Source: Candidatus Solincola daggyaiensis
Lineage (GTDB): Bacteria; Actinomycetota; Geothermincolia; Geothermincolales; RBG-13-55-18
Assembly (NCBI GenBank): GCA_015711825.1
Contig: JACVJD010000001.1
Span: 333 to 64,332, forward strand
Direction: 5' to 3'
Length of the DNA: 64,000 nucleotides
Shown here: positions 28,466 through 40,500 of the stretch, in pieces
How positions within the stretch are numbered: position 1 is the first letter of the stretch
Layout of the letters: each line of letters opens with the position of its first letter
Made by a program: the position numbers and the translations under genes
The notes under the pieces: generated by a model
What the model was told of the DNA's origin: nothing
Databases searched by the model: none
What the model saw: the letters and a program-made list of their open reading frames with translations, nothing else

Positions 28466-29809
28466 GTGAAAGAGGTGGATCCCGGGATATTCAAAGCCTA
28501 CGACGTGAGGGGGGTATACCCCGAGGAGATCGACGAGGAGGTCGCCTATCGTATAGGCAGGGCCTTCGTCACCTTCCTGGGGGATCCGGGCATAGTCACC
28601 GGGAGAGACATGCGGCTATCCTCTCCCGCCCTCTCCCGCGCCTTCATCGCCGGCGCCACCGACCAGGGAGCGGAGGTCACCGATATAGGCCTTTGCTCCA
28701 CCGACATGCTCTACTACGCCTCAGGCGCCATCGACATGCCCGGCGCCATGTTCACCGCCTCCCACAACCCCAAGCAATACAACGGGCTGAAGCTCTGCCG
28801 CCGCAAGGCGGCGCCCATAAGCATGGACACCGGCATCGCGGAGATAAGAGACCTGACCCTGGCGGGCGACTTCCCGCGTCCCTCCTCAAGGGGAAAGGTC
28901 AAGGAGGTCGACATGCTGGACAGTTATGTCAAGCATGTGCTCGGCTTCATCTCCACCTCCTCCCTGCGCCCCCTCAAGGTGGTTACCGACGCGGGCAACG
29001 GCATGGCGGGGATGATACTCCCGGCCCTCTTCGAGCACCTTCCCTGCGAGCTGGTGCCCCACTGCTTCGAGCTCGACGGCTCTTTCCCGCACCACCAGCC
29101 CGACCCCATAAACCCCGAGAACATCCGCCTCCTCTCGCAATGGGTCTTGGAGGCGGGGGGCGACCTGGGAATGGCCTTCGACGGCGACGCCGACCGCGTC
29201 TTCCTGGTGGACGACAAAGGGGAGCCCGTCAGCGGCTCCCTCACCACCGCCATGGTGGCCAGGCGCATACTGGAGACCAACCCGGGCGAGAAGATCATCT
29301 ACAACTGCATCAACAGCTGGGTGGTGCCGGAGACCATACGCGCCTACGGGGGCATACCCATCCGCGAGAGGGTGGGGCACTCCTTTATCAAGCAGACCAT
29401 GGCGGAGACGGGAGCCGTCTTCGCCGGCGAGCACTCCGGGCATTACTATTTCCGCGACAATTACCGCGCCGACTCCGGTCTCATAGCCGCCATGTTCATC
29501 CTCGAGATCGTGAGCCTTGAGGGGAGGCCGCTGTCCGAGATCCTCGCCCCCTTCAGGAAGTACCATGCCTCGGGGGAGATCAACAGCCGCGTGGACGATA
29601 TCCTGGGCAAGCTTGAGGAGATAGCCCGGGTGTACTCACACGGCAAAGTGGACAGGCTGGACGGCATCACGGTCGAGTTCGACGACTGGTGGTTCAACGT
29701 CCGACCCTCCAATACCGAGCCGCTTCTGCGCCTGAACCTGGAGGCCAAGAGCCGCGAGCTCATGGAGGAGAAACGCGACGAGGTGCTGGCGGTGATACGC
29801 TCGCGATGA
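28466..29809 (+). CDS. phosphomannomutase/phosphoglucomutase
   Basis: IFKAYDVRG ... TASHNPKQYNGLK (phosphoserine loop) ... GEHSGHYYF; GTG start. Confidence 0.9.
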   Translation: MKEVDPGIFKAYDVRGVYPEEIDEEVAYRIGRAFVTFLGDPGIVTGRDMRLSSPALSRAFIAGATDQGAEVTDIGLCSTDMLYYASGAIDMPGAMFTASHNPKQYNGLKLCRRKAAPISMDTGIAEIRDLTLAGDFPRPSSRGKVKEVDMLDSYVKHVLGFISTSSLRPLKVVTDAGNGMAGMILPALFEHLPCELVPHCFELDGSFPHHQPDPINPENIRLLSQWVLEAGGDLGMAFDGDADRVFLVDDKGEPVSGSLTTAMVARRILETNPGEKIIYNCINSWVVPETIRAYGGIPIRERVGHSFIKQTMAETGAVFAGEHSGHYYFRDNYRADSGLIAAMFILEIVSLEGRPLSEILAPFRKYHASGEINSRVDDILGKLEEIARVYSHGKVDRLDGITVEFDDWWFNVRPSNTEPLLRLNLEAKSRELMEEKRDEVLAVIRSR

Positions 29810-30549
29810 GCCGTTTGCGTCCATTCTTTTCCGCATCTCTGTCCTTTCTCGCCATCCTGGCTCTCGTCTCCGGATGCGGCGCACCCCGTGACGGCGAAGA
29901 GGCCGTGCTGCGCGGGAAGGCGGAAGAATCGTTGCAGAGCCTGGCGCAGACCCCCGCTTTTCGCTACCGCCTGCACCTGGAAAGCTGGGTGGGGGTCTCA
30001 GGGCAAACGGTTTACGGGGACGAGCGCTGTGAAGGGGCGCGGACCACCGAGGGGTTCACGATCAGCGTGAAGCGTCACAATCCCGCCGGCGACGAGGAAT
30101 TCGACTTGCTGATGCGCGACGGCCTCCCCTTCAAAGCGGAGAGCGGGGCCTGGAAAGAGCTCGATGCGGGGGCGAGCCTGAACCCGCTATACGATCCCCT
30201 GCTTGCCACCGAGCTGGGGAAGCACGTCCATTCGGCCGCCCTGGAGGAGGAGATGGAACGAGAAGGGATGCCTTGCAAAATCATCCTCCTGCGCCTTGAC
30301 CCGAGGATCGCCAAAGACGTTCTCAGCGCGGGAGCCTGGTCATATTTCTCCTCCCTGCGCTTCGAGCTCTCCCTGCGGCTTTGGGTCTCCGATACCACCT
30401 CGCCGCCCCTTTCTCTGCAGCTGGAGACGCTGGGTTACGACGCGGCCGAGAACCTGCTGCGCTACCGCCTCCTCGCCACCCTGGAACCCTACGACCTCGG
30501 CGCCCCCGACATCTCCCTTCCGCGCCCGGAGGAGGAAGGAGGCCGTTGA
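29806..30549 (+). CDS. lipoprotein of unknown function
   Basis: signal peptide + lipobox LALVSGCG; ATGA overlap with the PMM stop. Confidence 0.55.
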   Translation: MSRLRPFFSASLSFLAILALVSGCGAPRDGEEAVLRGKAEESLQSLAQTPAFRYRLHLESWVGVSGQTVYGDERCEGARTTEGFTISVKRHNPAGDEEFDLLMRDGLPFKAESGAWKELDAGASLNPLYDPLLATELGKHVHSAALEEEMEREGMPCKIILLRLDPRIAKDVLSAGAWSYFSSLRFELSLRLWVSDTTSPPLSLQLETLGYDAAENLLRYRLLATLEPYDLGAPDISLPRPEEEGGR

Positions 30550-30885
30550 AGGAAGGCGGGCGTTGTCCCGGCAGGAGAGCGGCTTTGCGCATCTCCCCAG
30601 GCTAAGCCGACCCGGTTGGCCGTCTCAGAAGGACAATCCCATGCCAGAGAGGTTTTCGGTATCCCGTCGACCACCTGGATGCCGGCGAAGGTCATGGCAG
30701 AAAATGGATGGGATCCCTTTTCGCTGCGGTCGACCGCGAGCGCAACGCCGCTCCTCCGCCTGCGAGGATCGCGGGCGAGCTCCGCCCCGTAAACCGCCCT
30801 CACGCCGGCCTTTTACGCACTCGATCCCCGCCGCAACCCGACGGTTGACGGAGCATCCCCGAGGAAGGGTTTGCCCGGGAGGCAA

Positions 30886-31647
30886 CTATCCCGCGGGGTC
30901 TTTCCGCGTCAGGTCCGGATAGTACACCCGCTCCAGGAAAAGGCCGCGCGGCGGCAAGGTGGGAGCATGGTGCGGACGCTCCCCGCTCGCCAGGGCTTTG
31001 CGGAAGCCTTCCACATCCCACCTCCCCCTTCCCACTTCCAGGAGCGCGCCGCAGAGCATGCGCATCATCATCCAGGCGAAGGCGTCGGCCTTCACCCTGA
31101 TGCGCAGAAGCCCGCACACCGCTTCCAGCTCGGCCTCATGGACCTCCCGCAGCGTGGACTTCCCCTCCTCCCGCCGGCAGAAGGCCGCGAAGTCGTGCAC
31201 CCCCGTCAAGGCCCGTAGCGCCTCCCGCATCCGCCCCTCGTCAAGCGCCCCGCGGTGATGGTGAACGTACCTGCGCATAAAGGGGGAGGGGGGGCCGCCT
31301 ACTTGGACATAGTAGGCATACTCCCTGGCCAGGGCGCTCCTGCGGGCGTGAAAATCATCAGGCGCCTCCCCGCCTTCCCGCACCACGATATCCGGGGGCA
31401 GCAGGGAGTTCAGGGCGCTCGGCAGCCGCTCCTCCTCCACCTTCAGGCGCGCGCGGAAGCTCACCACCTGTCCCCTGGCATGCACGCCGGCGTCGGTGCG
31501 TCCCGCCGCGTATAGCGGTCCCTCCAGCACCGCCACCCTCCGCAGAGCCTCCTCCAGGGCGCCCTGTATGGTGGGCAACCCCGGCTGCCACTGAAAACCG
31601 TGAAAGGCGGTCCCGTCGTATTCCAGCACCAGCATATGGTTCGCCAT
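30886..31647 (-). CDS. truA: tRNA pseudouridine(38-40) synthase
   Basis: LVLEYDGTAFHGFQWQ...AGRTDAGVHARGQVVSF. Confidence 0.9.
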   Translation of the reverse strand: MANHMLVLEYDGTAFHGFQWQPGLPTIQGALEEALRRVAVLEGPLYAAGRTDAGVHARGQVVSFRARLKVEEERLPSALNSLLPPDIVVREGGEAPDDFHARRSALAREYAYYVQVGGPPSPFMRRYVHHHRGALDEGRMREALRALTGVHDFAAFCRREEGKSTLREVHEAELEAVCGLLRIRVKADAFAWMMMRMLCGALLEVGRGRWDVEGFRKALASGERPHHAPTLPPRGLFLERVYYPDLTRKDPAG

Positions 31648-31915
31648 GCGAAGATTCTATCACCTCTCCTTTCCTTTTCGTCCTTCCCACCGAGACCGGA
31701 AAGGAGACCCTGCCCCCCGGCGCATCGCGAAGACGCGAACCCTCGCCGCGGTTGCCGGTTGTTGTATAATGATAGTTCGTAGGAACAGCGGGTTAGGATG
31801 GACGGGGCACCGCCTCCCATCCCTCCCGCGGGCGATGAGGCTCGCCTGTGTCGCCGTTCGCGGCTGATAGCTTCTACCACGGTTGGTAGGAGCTTTTTCA
31901 TTGGAGGAAAGGAAG

Positions 31916-33685
31916 ATGGTCAGCTACAAGGAAGTGCACGAGCAAGCCCTCACCCTCATCGAGGAGCTGGAAGAAAAGGAGGGCCATGGCGACCGGGAGA
32001 CGTTTCTGCGCCGTCTCGCCTCCCTTAAGGCAAAGCTGCTTTCCGACCGTTTCCACATCGTGGTCATGGGGCAGTTCAAGCGGGGGAAGACCACCTTCAT
32101 CAACAGCCTCCTCGGGGCACGCGTGCTTCCCAGCTCCGTGGTCCCCCTCACCTCCGTGAACACCGTATTGCGCTACGGCGACGAGGTGAGAGCCGAGGTG
32201 CATTACCTGGACGGCCGCAGGGAGGAGATCGCCCTGGAGGACATCCCCGCCTTCGTAACCGAAAAAGAGAACCCCGAGAACCGGCGCGGCGTGAAGCGCG
32301 TGGAGGTCTGCTACCCCTCCCGCTACCTCAAGGACGGCGTGTGCCTGGTGGACACCCCCGGCACGGGATCCACATATCTCCACAATGATGAGACCGCCTA
32401 CTCCTATCTCGAGAACGCGGACGCGGTGGTGTTCATGGTCTCCGCCGACCCCCCCGTCAGCCGCTCGGAGCTGGATTTCCTGCACCGCATACGCAACTAC
32501 GTGCACAAGATCTTTTTCGTGCAGAACAAGGTCGACTACCTGGAAGCGGAGGATCGCGAGGAGTCGCTGGCCTTCAGCGGACAGGTCATCTCCCAGGCCC
32601 TGGGCCGGGAAGAGGCCAACCTCCACCCCCTCTCGGCCAAGCAGGCCCTGGAGGCCCAGTTGCGCGGCGACGGGGCTTCCTTGGAGGAAAGCGGGTTGCC
32701 GCGTTTCTGCGCCGCCCTGGAATCGTTCCTCATGAACGAGAAAGGCTGGGTTTTCCTCGAGACCTGCATCAAGAACGCCCAGAAGCTCCTCGACGACGAG
32801 ATCGCCGCCATGGAGCTGGAGGCGGGTCTCCTCTCCCACCCCCTAGAGGACCTCAAGGAGAGGGTGGAGGAGTTCCACCGCCAGATGGAGGTGATAGCCA
32901 GGGAGAGGGAGGAGATCCGCTACCTCATCGAGGGAGACCACAAGCACCTGGTAACCGAGGTCCTGGACGCGGACGTGGCTGCCTTCAAGGCGCAGGCCAC
33001 TGACCCCCTCCTGCGCCGCTACCATTCCTTCTTCGAGGAAAACAAGCACCTTTCGGGCGCGGAACTCGCGGCGGCGCTGGGGGGTTTCATCCAGGACGAG
33101 ATCCGGGAGACCTTCTCGGAGTGGAGGTTCGTGGAGGAAGAGCGGCTCTCGGAGCAGTTCAAGCTCATGGAGAGAAGGTATCGCGACAAGGCCAACGCCA
33201 TCTCCAACCGCATACTGGAGATCGCGGGAGACCTCTTCGGTATCTCCCTCCCCACCCTGGAGGCGGAGCTCGATCTCAGCGAGGAGGGGGAGTTCTGGTT
33301 CCACCTCGGCGACCCGCCCTCCGATCTGGAGATGATCATCGGCACCGTGGTGAGGTCCCTTCCCAGAAAGCTGTCCCACCGTCTGTTGCGCAAGAGCAAG
33401 CAGGAGGATCTGCTCATGCTCTTCGACCGCCATTGCGGAAGGGTACGCTACGATTTTTACCTCCGCCTGCAGAAAAGCGTCAATGCCCTCATCTGCGCCG
33501 TGGATGACGTGATCGGGGAAACCCTGGACACCATCGAGGGAGGGATCGCGAGGGCGGTGGAACAACTCAGCAGCGAGGGCAGGGATCTCGAAACCGCCCT
33601 GGCGGATCTGCGGGAGCGCAAGAACCGGCTGCACTCCGCCCATGCGCGCCTGGAGCGGCTGCTCACGACGCCCTCCACGCCTTGA
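31916..33685 (+). CDS. dynamin-family GTPase (bacterial dynamin-like protein)
   Basis: G1 GQFKRGKTTFINSLLG, G3 DTPG, G4 QNKVD, long helical C-terminal half; start at MVSYKEV. Confidence 0.8.
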   Translation: MVSYKEVHEQALTLIEELEEKEGHGDRETFLRRLASLKAKLLSDRFHIVVMGQFKRGKTTFINSLLGARVLPSSVVPLTSVNTVLRYGDEVRAEVHYLDGRREEIALEDIPAFVTEKENPENRRGVKRVEVCYPSRYLKDGVCLVDTPGTGSTYLHNDETAYSYLENADAVVFMVSADPPVSRSELDFLHRIRNYVHKIFFVQNKVDYLEAEDREESLAFSGQVISQALGREEANLHPLSAKQALEAQLRGDGASLEESGLPRFCAALESFLMNEKGWVFLETCIKNAQKLLDDEIAAMELEAGLLSHPLEDLKERVEEFHRQMEVIAREREEIRYLIEGDHKHLVTEVLDADVAAFKAQATDPLLRRYHSFFEENKHLSGAELAAALGGFIQDEIRETFSEWRFVEEERLSEQFKLMERRYRDKANAISNRILEIAGDLFGISLPTLEAELDLSEEGEFWFHLGDPPSDLEMIIGTVVRSLPRKLSHRLLRKSKQEDLLMLFDRHCGRVRYDFYLRLQKSVNALICAVDDVIGETLDTIEGGIARAVEQLSSEGRDLETALADLRERKNRLHSAHARLERLLTTPSTP

Positions 33686-33820
33686 TCTTGCATGGATAAA
33701 AAAGCGCTGTGGATCGGTTACGCGGTGGCCACGGGCGCGGAGGCGCTGGACGGACTCGATTGACCGCCATGCCGGATGACCGAAGTCTTCCTCGCAGACA
33801 GCCAGGTCAGCGCGGAGGCA

Positions 33821-34171
33821 TTACACGAACTCGATGACCGCCATGGGCGCTGCGTCGCCTTTGCGGTAGCCGGTCTTCACCACCCGGCAGTAGCCCCCCT
33901 CGCGATCCCGGTAACGTGGCCCGATCTCGTCGAAGAGCTTATGCACTATACCACGGTCGGGGATGATGGCAAGGGCCTGGCGCCGGGCGTGAAGGTCGCC
34001 GCGCTTGGCCAGCCCCACCAGCTTTTCAACCAGGGGCTGGACCTCCTTCGCCTTGGCCTGCGTGGTCTCTATCTTCTCGTGTTCGATCATCGCCCTGGCC
34101 AGGTTGGCCAGTATGGCCTTCTGATGGGAGGCGCTTCCTCCCAGCCTTCTTCCTTTCTTCGGTTGCGGCAT
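33821..34171 (-). CDS. rplQ: 50S ribosomal protein L17
   Basis: [19 protein letters not shown]... canonical. Confidence 0.95.
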   Translation of the reverse strand: MPQPKKGRRLGGSASHQKAILANLARAMIEHEKIETTQAKAKEVQPLVEKLVGLAKRGDLHARRQALAIIPDRGIVHKLFDEIGPRYRDREGGYCRVVKTGYRKGDAAPMAVIEFV

Positions 34172-34215
34172 GCCTGTTACCTCTCGTATCCGTTCTCCAG
34201 CCGGCGCCCGCTGTT

Positions 34216-35169
34216 CTACTCATCCTTGGAACGCAGGGAAAGCCCCTTTTTGGCGAGCTTCTCCTTCACATCCTCGATGGAGCGCGCTCCGAAGCTGCGC
34301 AGCGCCAGAAGGTCGTCCTCCGTTTTCTCGATAAGCTGACCCAGGGTGCTTATGCCCCCGCGATGCAGGCAGTTGAGCACGCGCACCGGAAGCTCCAGCT
34401 CCTCTATGGAGGTCTGGTGGATTTCCTTCCCGGCTCCCGAAGGAGCGGGAGGCCCGAAAATGCCGCCTTCATCCGCGATCTCCTCCTCCGCCAGGGAGGA
34501 GAAGATGGATATGTGTCCGGAAAGCACCTGCGCGGCCTTCACCAGCGCCTCCCGGGCATCGATGCTTCCGTCGGTATAGACCTCCAGGATCAAGCGATCG
34601 TAGTCGGTGCGCTGACCGACGCGGGTGTTCTCCACCTGGTAGGCTACCCGCACCACGGGCGAGAACATGGCGTCCAAGGGTATGGTGCCGGCCACCTCGC
34701 GATAGCCCCCGAGATGCTCCGCGGCCACGTAACCGCGACCCTTGCGCGCCACCATCTCCGCTTTCAGCCTGCCCTTGCCGTTTAAGGTGCATATCTTGAG
34801 GTCCGGGTTTACGATCTCCACCTCCGCCGGCGCCTGTATGTCTCCCGCCACCACCGTCTTCGGCCCCGTGACGTCGAGATAAAGCGCGTAGGAACCCTCG
34901 CCCTCCACCTTCAGGATCACGCTCTTGAGGTTGAGGATGATGTCCATGGTGTCCTCTTTGACTCCCTCGATGGTGGTGAACTCGTGCACCACCCCCTCAA
35001 TACGCACCGAGGTTATCGCCGCTCCCGGTATGGAGGATAGGAGCACGCGTCGCATGGAGTTCCCCAGGGTATGCCCAAGCCCCCTTTCCAGGGGCTCAAC
35101 GATGAACCTGCCGTAGGAGTCCTCGAGCTTGTCCACCACGACATGGGGTTTCTGCATCTCAAGAACCAA
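34216..35169 (-). CDS. rpoA: DNA-directed RNA polymerase subunit alpha
   Basis: [27 protein letters not shown]; C-terminal domain [12 protein letters not shown]. Confidence 0.95.
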   Translation of the reverse strand: MVLEMQKPHVVVDKLEDSYGRFIVEPLERGLGHTLGNSMRRVLLSSIPGAAITSVRIEGVVHEFTTIEGVKEDTMDIILNLKSVILKVEGEGSYALYLDVTGPKTVVAGDIQAPAEVEIVNPDLKICTLNGKGRLKAEMVARKGRGYVAAEHLGGYREVAGTIPLDAMFSPVVRVAYQVENTRVGQRTDYDRLILEVYTDGSIDAREALVKAAQVLSGHISIFSSLAEEEIADEGGIFGPPAPSGAGKEIHQTSIEELELPVRVLNCLHRGGISTLGQLIEKTEDDLLALRSFGARSIEDVKEKLAKKGLSLRSKDE

Positions 35170-35224
35170 GACCAGTTCCCTCCTTATGTCGGCCCGCCTT
35201 TGCGGACCCGCCTTGCCCGTATAT

Positions 35225-35851
35225 TTACTTTGAATAGAGCTCCACGATGAGGTGTTCCTTTATCGGAAGCTCTATGTCCTCGCGTTTGGGTTGCGCGGTC
35301 ATCTCCACCCGCCGCTTGTCGTGGTCCACCTTCAGCCACGACATCACCGGTCGCCCCTCCGCGTATTTCACCGCTTGCAGGACCCGCGCGGCATCCTTGC
35401 TCTTCTCCTTGACCTCCACCACGTCCCCCACCTTCAACTGGTAGGAGGGGATGTTCACCTTGCGCCCGTTTACCGTCACGTGCCCGTGGCGGACCAGTTG
35501 CCTGGCGTCCTTGCGCGAAGTCGCCAGTCCTCCGCGGTAGACCACGTTGTCCAGCCTGGTCTCCAGGAGGAAGAGCAGGTTCTCGCCCGTGATGCCCTGC
35601 TGACGCGACGCCTTGCCGTAATAGCGGCGGAACTGCCGCTCCAGCACGCCGTAGATGCGCTTCGCCTTCTGCTTCTCGCGCAACTGCAGCAGGTACTCCG
35701 TCTCCTTTATCCTGCCGCGCCCGTGTTCGCCGGGCGGGTAGGGTCTTCTTTCCATGGCGCATTTGTCGCTCTCGCAACGCGGCCCTTTGAGGAAGAGTTT
35801 CTCGCCTTCCCTGCGGCACTGCTTACACGACGGATCGGTGTTCCTCGCCAT
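35225..35851 (-). CDS. rpsD: 30S ribosomal protein S4
   Basis: [23 protein letters not shown]... canonical. Confidence 0.95.
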   Translation of the reverse strand: MARNTDPSCKQCRREGEKLFLKGPRCESDKCAMERRPYPPGEHGRGRIKETEYLLQLREKQKAKRIYGVLERQFRRYYGKASRQQGITGENLLFLLETRLDNVVYRGGLATSRKDARQLVRHGHVTVNGRKVNIPSYQLKVGDVVEVKEKSKDAARVLQAVKYAEGRPVMSWLKVDHDKRRVEMTAQPKREDIELPIKEHLIVELYSK

Positions 35852-35863
35852 CTCCTCGCCCCT

Positions 35864-36265
35864 CTATACTCTTCTTCTTTTCTTGGGACGGCAACCGTTG
35901 TGCGGCTGCGGCGTCTCGTCGGTTATACTGGCCACCTCGAGGCCGTTGGCCTGCAGGGTCCTGATGGCGGTCTCGCGCCCCGACCCCGGTCCCTTGACGA
36001 AGACGTCGACCCTTTTCATGCCGAACTCCTGCGCCGCCCGTCTGGCCACGTTCTCCGCCGCCTGCTGGGCGGCGAAGGGGGTGCTCTTGCGCGAACCCTT
36101 GAATCCCACCGTGCCCGAGCTGCTCCAGGTCAGGGTGTCGCCGTTCTTGTCCGTGATGGTGATGATGGTGTTGTTGAAGGTGGACTTTATATGCGCCTCA
36201 CCATGCAGGACCGTCTTCTTCTCTTTCCTCTTACCTCTTCCTCTTCCCCTCGCAGGCCTGGCCAA
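35864..36265 (-). CDS. rpsK: 30S ribosomal protein S11
   Basis: [24 protein letters not shown]...[11 protein letters not shown]. Confidence 0.95.
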   Translation of the reverse strand: MARPARGRGRGKRKEKKTVLHGEAHIKSTFNNTIITITDKNGDTLTWSSSGTVGFKGSRKSTPFAAQQAAENVARRAAQEFGMKRVDVFVKGPGSGRETAIRTLQANGLEVASITDETPQPHNGCRPKKRRRV

Positions 36266-36309
36266 ATCTCAACCTCCTGTCAAGTCACGACGCCGTTGTC
36301 AGGCGCAAG

Positions 36310-36684
36310 TTATTTCTTCTTTCTCTTGACCCCCACCGTCTTGCGCGGACCCTTGCGGGTGCGTGCGTTGGTGTGGGTGCGCTGCCCGCGCACCGGCAAG
36401 CCCACGCGGTGGCGCAGTCCCTGGTAGCACCCGATCTCCATCTTGCGCTTGATGTTCTGGGCTACCTCGCGCCTCAGGTCACCCTCCACTTTGAGGTTCT
36501 GGTCTATATAACTACGCAGGCGCACCACCTCCTCGTCGGTGAGGTTGCGCACCTTGGTGTTGGGATCGATGCGGCAATTCTGCAGGATGGATTTCGAGGT
36601 GGACCTCCCAACCCCGTAGATGTAGGTAAGCGCTATCTCCACCCTTTTATCCCTCGGTAGATCAACGCCTGCTATGCGTGCCAA
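36310..36684 (-). CDS. rpsM: 30S ribosomal protein S13
   Basis: [26 protein letters not shown]. Confidence 0.95.
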   Translation of the reverse strand: MARIAGVDLPRDKRVEIALTYIYGVGRSTSKSILQNCRIDPNTKVRNLTDEEVVRLRSYIDQNLKVEGDLRREVAQNIKRKMEIGCYQGLRHRVGLPVRGQRTHTNARTRKGPRKTVGVKRKKK

Positions 36685-36704
36685 ATCAGCCTACCTCCTC
36701 GTGT

Positions 36705-36818
36705 TTATCCCTGCCGCTGCTTGTGGCGCGGGTTCTGGCAGATCACCAGCACTTTGCCGTGGCGACGGATTATTTTGCACTTGTCGCACATCTTCTTCAC
36801 CGAGGCTCTGACCTTCAT
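36705..36818 (-). CDS. rpmJ: 50S ribosomal protein L36
   Basis: not in ORF track (37 aa); reverse complement encodes [37 protein letters not shown]. Confidence 0.85.
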   Translation of the reverse strand: MKVRASVKKMCDKCKIIRRHGKVLVICQNPRHKQRQG

Positions 36819-36848
36819 CTTCGACGCGACCTTTCCCGTCCTTACCGC

Positions 36849-37070
36849 TCATTTGTACCTGTACACTATGCGTCCCCGCGTGAGGTCGTAGGGAGATATC
36901 TCCACCACCACCTTGTCGCCGGGCAGGATGCGTATGTAGTGCATCCTCATCTTGCCGGAAATGTGCGCCAGTATCTTGTGTCCGTTGGCCAGCTCCACCT
37001 TGAACATAGCGTTGGGGAGCGGTTCGATCACCGTTCCCTCGACCTCTACGGCGCCTTCTTTCCTGGCCAA
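36849..37070 (-). CDS. infA: translation initiation factor IF-1
   Basis: [31 protein letters not shown]... Confidence 0.95.
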   Translation of the reverse strand: MARKEGAVEVEGTVIEPLPNAMFKVELANGHKILAHISGKMRMHYIRILPGDKVVVEISPYDLTRGRIVYRYK

Positions 37071-37173
37071 TCCTCACTCTCCTCGCGCTTACTTCCCCTC
37101 ACGGAAGGCGCGCCTTTATTTTTCGCACCAGAATTCATATACTAGCAAAACATCCCTTTCTAGTCCAATACCA

Positions 37174-37923
37174 TCATGGTACGGTCAAAACCACCGGCCC
37201 CTCCTCGGTCACCGCTACGGTATGCTCGAAATGCGCGGAGAGGGTGCCGTCCACGGTACGCACCGTCCATCCGTCCCCCTCGTCCACCTCCACTTCATAG
37301 CTTCCCTCGTTGACCATGGGCTCAAGCGCGAAGGTCATGCCTGCCTCGAGCAGCGGCCCCCGGCCGGCAGGACCGAAGTTCGGTATCTGCGGCTCCTCGT
37401 GCATCTCCTTCCCTATGCCGTGGCCCACGAACTGCACCACCACGGAGAAACCCCCGGACTCGACGGCGCGCTGGATGGCATTGGAAACGTCTCCCAGGCG
37501 GTTGCCCCGCCTGCAAGCCCTGATGCCGGCCTCCAGTGCTTCCTCCGTGACCTCCATGAGCTTCCTGGCCACGCCGCTTATCTCGCCCACCGCGTAGGTG
37601 CGCGCGGCGTCGGCGTGATATCCGTCCAGGATCACTCCCACGTCCACACCGACGATGTCGCCTTCCCTCAAGCGCTCTCGCCCCGGTATGCCGTGCACCA
37701 CCACGTTGTTTACGGAGGTGCAGATGGAGGCGGGAAACCCCCGGTAACCCAGGAAAGAGGGCGTCCCTCCCCGCTTCCTTATATATCCATCCGCCAGCTC
37801 GTTAAGGGTTTCCGTCCTCGTGCCCGGTTTGATATGCTCCTCCAGCATCTCCAGGACGCCCGCCACCACGCGGCCCGCCTCTCGCATCTTCGCTATCTCC
37901 TCGCGAGATTTCCTGATGATCAT
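37174..37923 (-). CDS. map: type I methionine aminopeptidase
   Basis: MIIRKSREEIAKMREAG...metal ligands D..D..H..E..E pattern; trimmed to MIIRK. Confidence 0.9.
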   Translation of the reverse strand: MIIRKSREEIAKMREAGRVVAGVLEMLEEHIKPGTRTETLNELADGYIRKRGGTPSFLGYRGFPASICTSVNNVVVHGIPGRERLREGDIVGVDVGVILDGYHADAARTYAVGEISGVARKLMEVTEEALEAGIRACRRGNRLGDVSNAIQRAVESGGFSVVVQFVGHGIGKEMHEEPQIPNFGPAGRGPLLEAGMTFALEPMVNEGSYEVEVDEGDGWTVRTVDGTLSAHFEHTVAVTEEGPVVLTVP

Positions 37924-38054
37924 CTTAAAAAGGGTTCGGGTCTCGTTCCCGCATACAACCACTCGCCGGATGATGCACGATGCGACACGCCCTGCGGCGC
38001 GCATTCTCTTCAAACCATTCCGCACCGGAGCAAGGAAAAGGCAAGGCCCGACCC

Positions 38055-38726
<672 letters not shown>

Positions 38727-39995
38727 TTACCTCAGGAAGCCCTCATAATGCCGCATCTGGAGCTGCGCCTCGATCTGCTTCATGGTCTCCAGGGCCACGC
38801 CGACGATGATCATGATGGCGGCCCCCCCGAAGGGTATCTCCCTGGTGCCGAAGAAGTAGAACATCACCGCCGGCAGCAGCGCTATGCAAGCCAGGGCGAT
38901 GGAGCCGGGCAGGGTGATGCGGTTTATCACCTTGCCGAAATACACCGCCGTGGGAGTGCCCGGCCTGATTCCCGGCACGAAGGCGCCGTATTTTTTCAAG
39001 TGCTCCGCCTGGGTGTAGGGATCGAACACGATGTAGGTATAGAAGTAGGCGAAGAAGATGATCATGCCGGTATAGAGGACGAAGTAGAGCCATCCCCGCG
39101 AAAGGCTTTCCGCGAAACCCGTCAGGCCGGGGATGAACTGAGCCAGCATGGTGGGGAAGAAGATCACCGAGGAGGCGAAGATGATGGGGATGACTCCCGA
39201 GGTGTTTATCTTCAGCGGGATGTAGGTGGTCCCTCCCATGGTCATGCGCCTGCCCCGTATCTGCTTGGCGTACTGCACGGGGATGCGCCTCTCCCCCTGG
39301 TCGAGGTAGATCACGGCGACAATCACCCCCAGCGACATCACCGTGCTGATGATGAGGCCGTAGACGATGCTGCCGTAACGCAGGTCGGTCTGGGTGATGA
39401 GGGTTTTGAACTCCGCCGGGACGCGGGCGATGATGGAGGTGAAGATGAGGATGGACATGCCGTTGCCGATGCCCCGCTCCGTGATCAGCTCCCCGAACCA
39501 CATCAGCAGGGCCATGCCCGCCGTCAGGGTCACCACTATCACTATGCCCTTGAGCCACGTGAACTGCACGATGGGCGTGCCTTCGACGTCCTGCCGCGAA
39601 AAGGTGTACACCAGCCCGATGGATTGCATGAGGGCCAGCCCCAAGGTTAGATAGCGCGTCACCTGGGTTATCTTCCTCCTGCCGGACTCCCCTTCCTCCT
39701 GCCATTCCTTGAGCTTGGGGATCACCGCCACCAGCATCTCCATGATGATGGCGGAGGTGATATAGGGCATGATGCCCAGCCCGAAGATGGCCAGTTGCGC
39801 CAGGGCGCCGCCGGAGAAAAAGTTGAGGAAACCGAGGATCCCTCCCTCCTCCACCAGCTTGCTGAGGGCCTGGGTGTTGACGCCGGGGGAGGGTATGGCG
39901 CTCCCCAGGCGGTAAAGGAGGATGACCAGAAGGGTGAACAGTATCTTGCGGCGCAGGTCCGCTACCTTGAAGATGTTGCGGAAGGTACGGAGCAA
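38727..39995 (-). CDS. secY: preprotein translocase subunit SecY
   Basis: 422 aa, 10 TM, GIMPYITSAIIME... Confidence 0.95.
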   Translation of the reverse strand: MLRTFRNIFKVADLRRKILFTLLVILLYRLGSAIPSPGVNTQALSKLVEEGGILGFLNFFSGGALAQLAIFGLGIMPYITSAIIMEMLVAVIPKLKEWQEEGESGRRKITQVTRYLTLGLALMQSIGLVYTFSRQDVEGTPIVQFTWLKGIVIVVTLTAGMALLMWFGELITERGIGNGMSILIFTSIIARVPAEFKTLITQTDLRYGSIVYGLIISTVMSLGVIVAVIYLDQGERRIPVQYAKQIRGRRMTMGGTTYIPLKINTSGVIPIIFASSVIFFPTMLAQFIPGLTGFAESLSRGWLYFVLYTGMIIFFAYFYTYIVFDPYTQAEHLKKYGAFVPGIRPGTPTAVYFGKVINRITLPGSIALACIALLPAVMFYFFGTREIPFGGAAIMIIVGVALETMKQIEAQLQMRHYEGFLR

Positions 39996-39996
39996 G

Positions 39997-40440
39997 CTAT
40001 ACCACCTCTACGCTTCCTCCGGAGGCCTCGATCTTCGCCACCGCTCCCCGGGTGAAAGCGTGCGCCCTCACCGTGAGCCTGCGCTCGAGTTCCCCTCTCC
40101 CCAGGATCTTTACGTCCTTGTCCGGCTTGCGTATCATCCCCCTCTCCACCAGGGACTCCGGGGTGACCACGTCCCCGTCGGAAAAGGCGTTGAGCGCCTC
40201 CACGTTCACGAGTTGGAATTCCTTCTTCGCCCGCGGCTTGAAGCCGCGCAGCTTGGGCACCCGGCGCTGCAGGGGCATCTGCCCGCCCTCGAACCCGATG
40301 CGGGTCTTGCCTCGCGCCTTCTGCCCCTTCATGCCCCGTCCGCTGGTCTTGCCGTGCCCGGAGGACCTCCCCCTCCCCACGCGTTTGGGAGCATGGGTCG
40401 ATCCCTCAGCCGGCCTGAGATCGTTTATCTTGAAGGTCAT
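39997..40440 (-). CDS. rplO: 50S ribosomal protein L15
   Basis: GRGRSSGHGKTSGRGMKGQKAR; trimmed to MTFKINDL. Confidence 0.9.
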   Translation of the reverse strand: MTFKINDLRPAEGSTHAPKRVGRGRSSGHGKTSGRGMKGQKARGKTRIGFEGGQMPLQRRVPKLRGFKPRAKKEFQLVNVEALNAFSDGDVVTPESLVERGMIRKPDKDVKILGRGELERRLTVRAHAFTRGAVAKIEASGGSVEVV

Positions 40441-40500
40441 GGCGTCTCTCCCGTTTTTACCTCTCAGCCTCCGCGCCCGAACCACCTGGGCCGGGCATCC

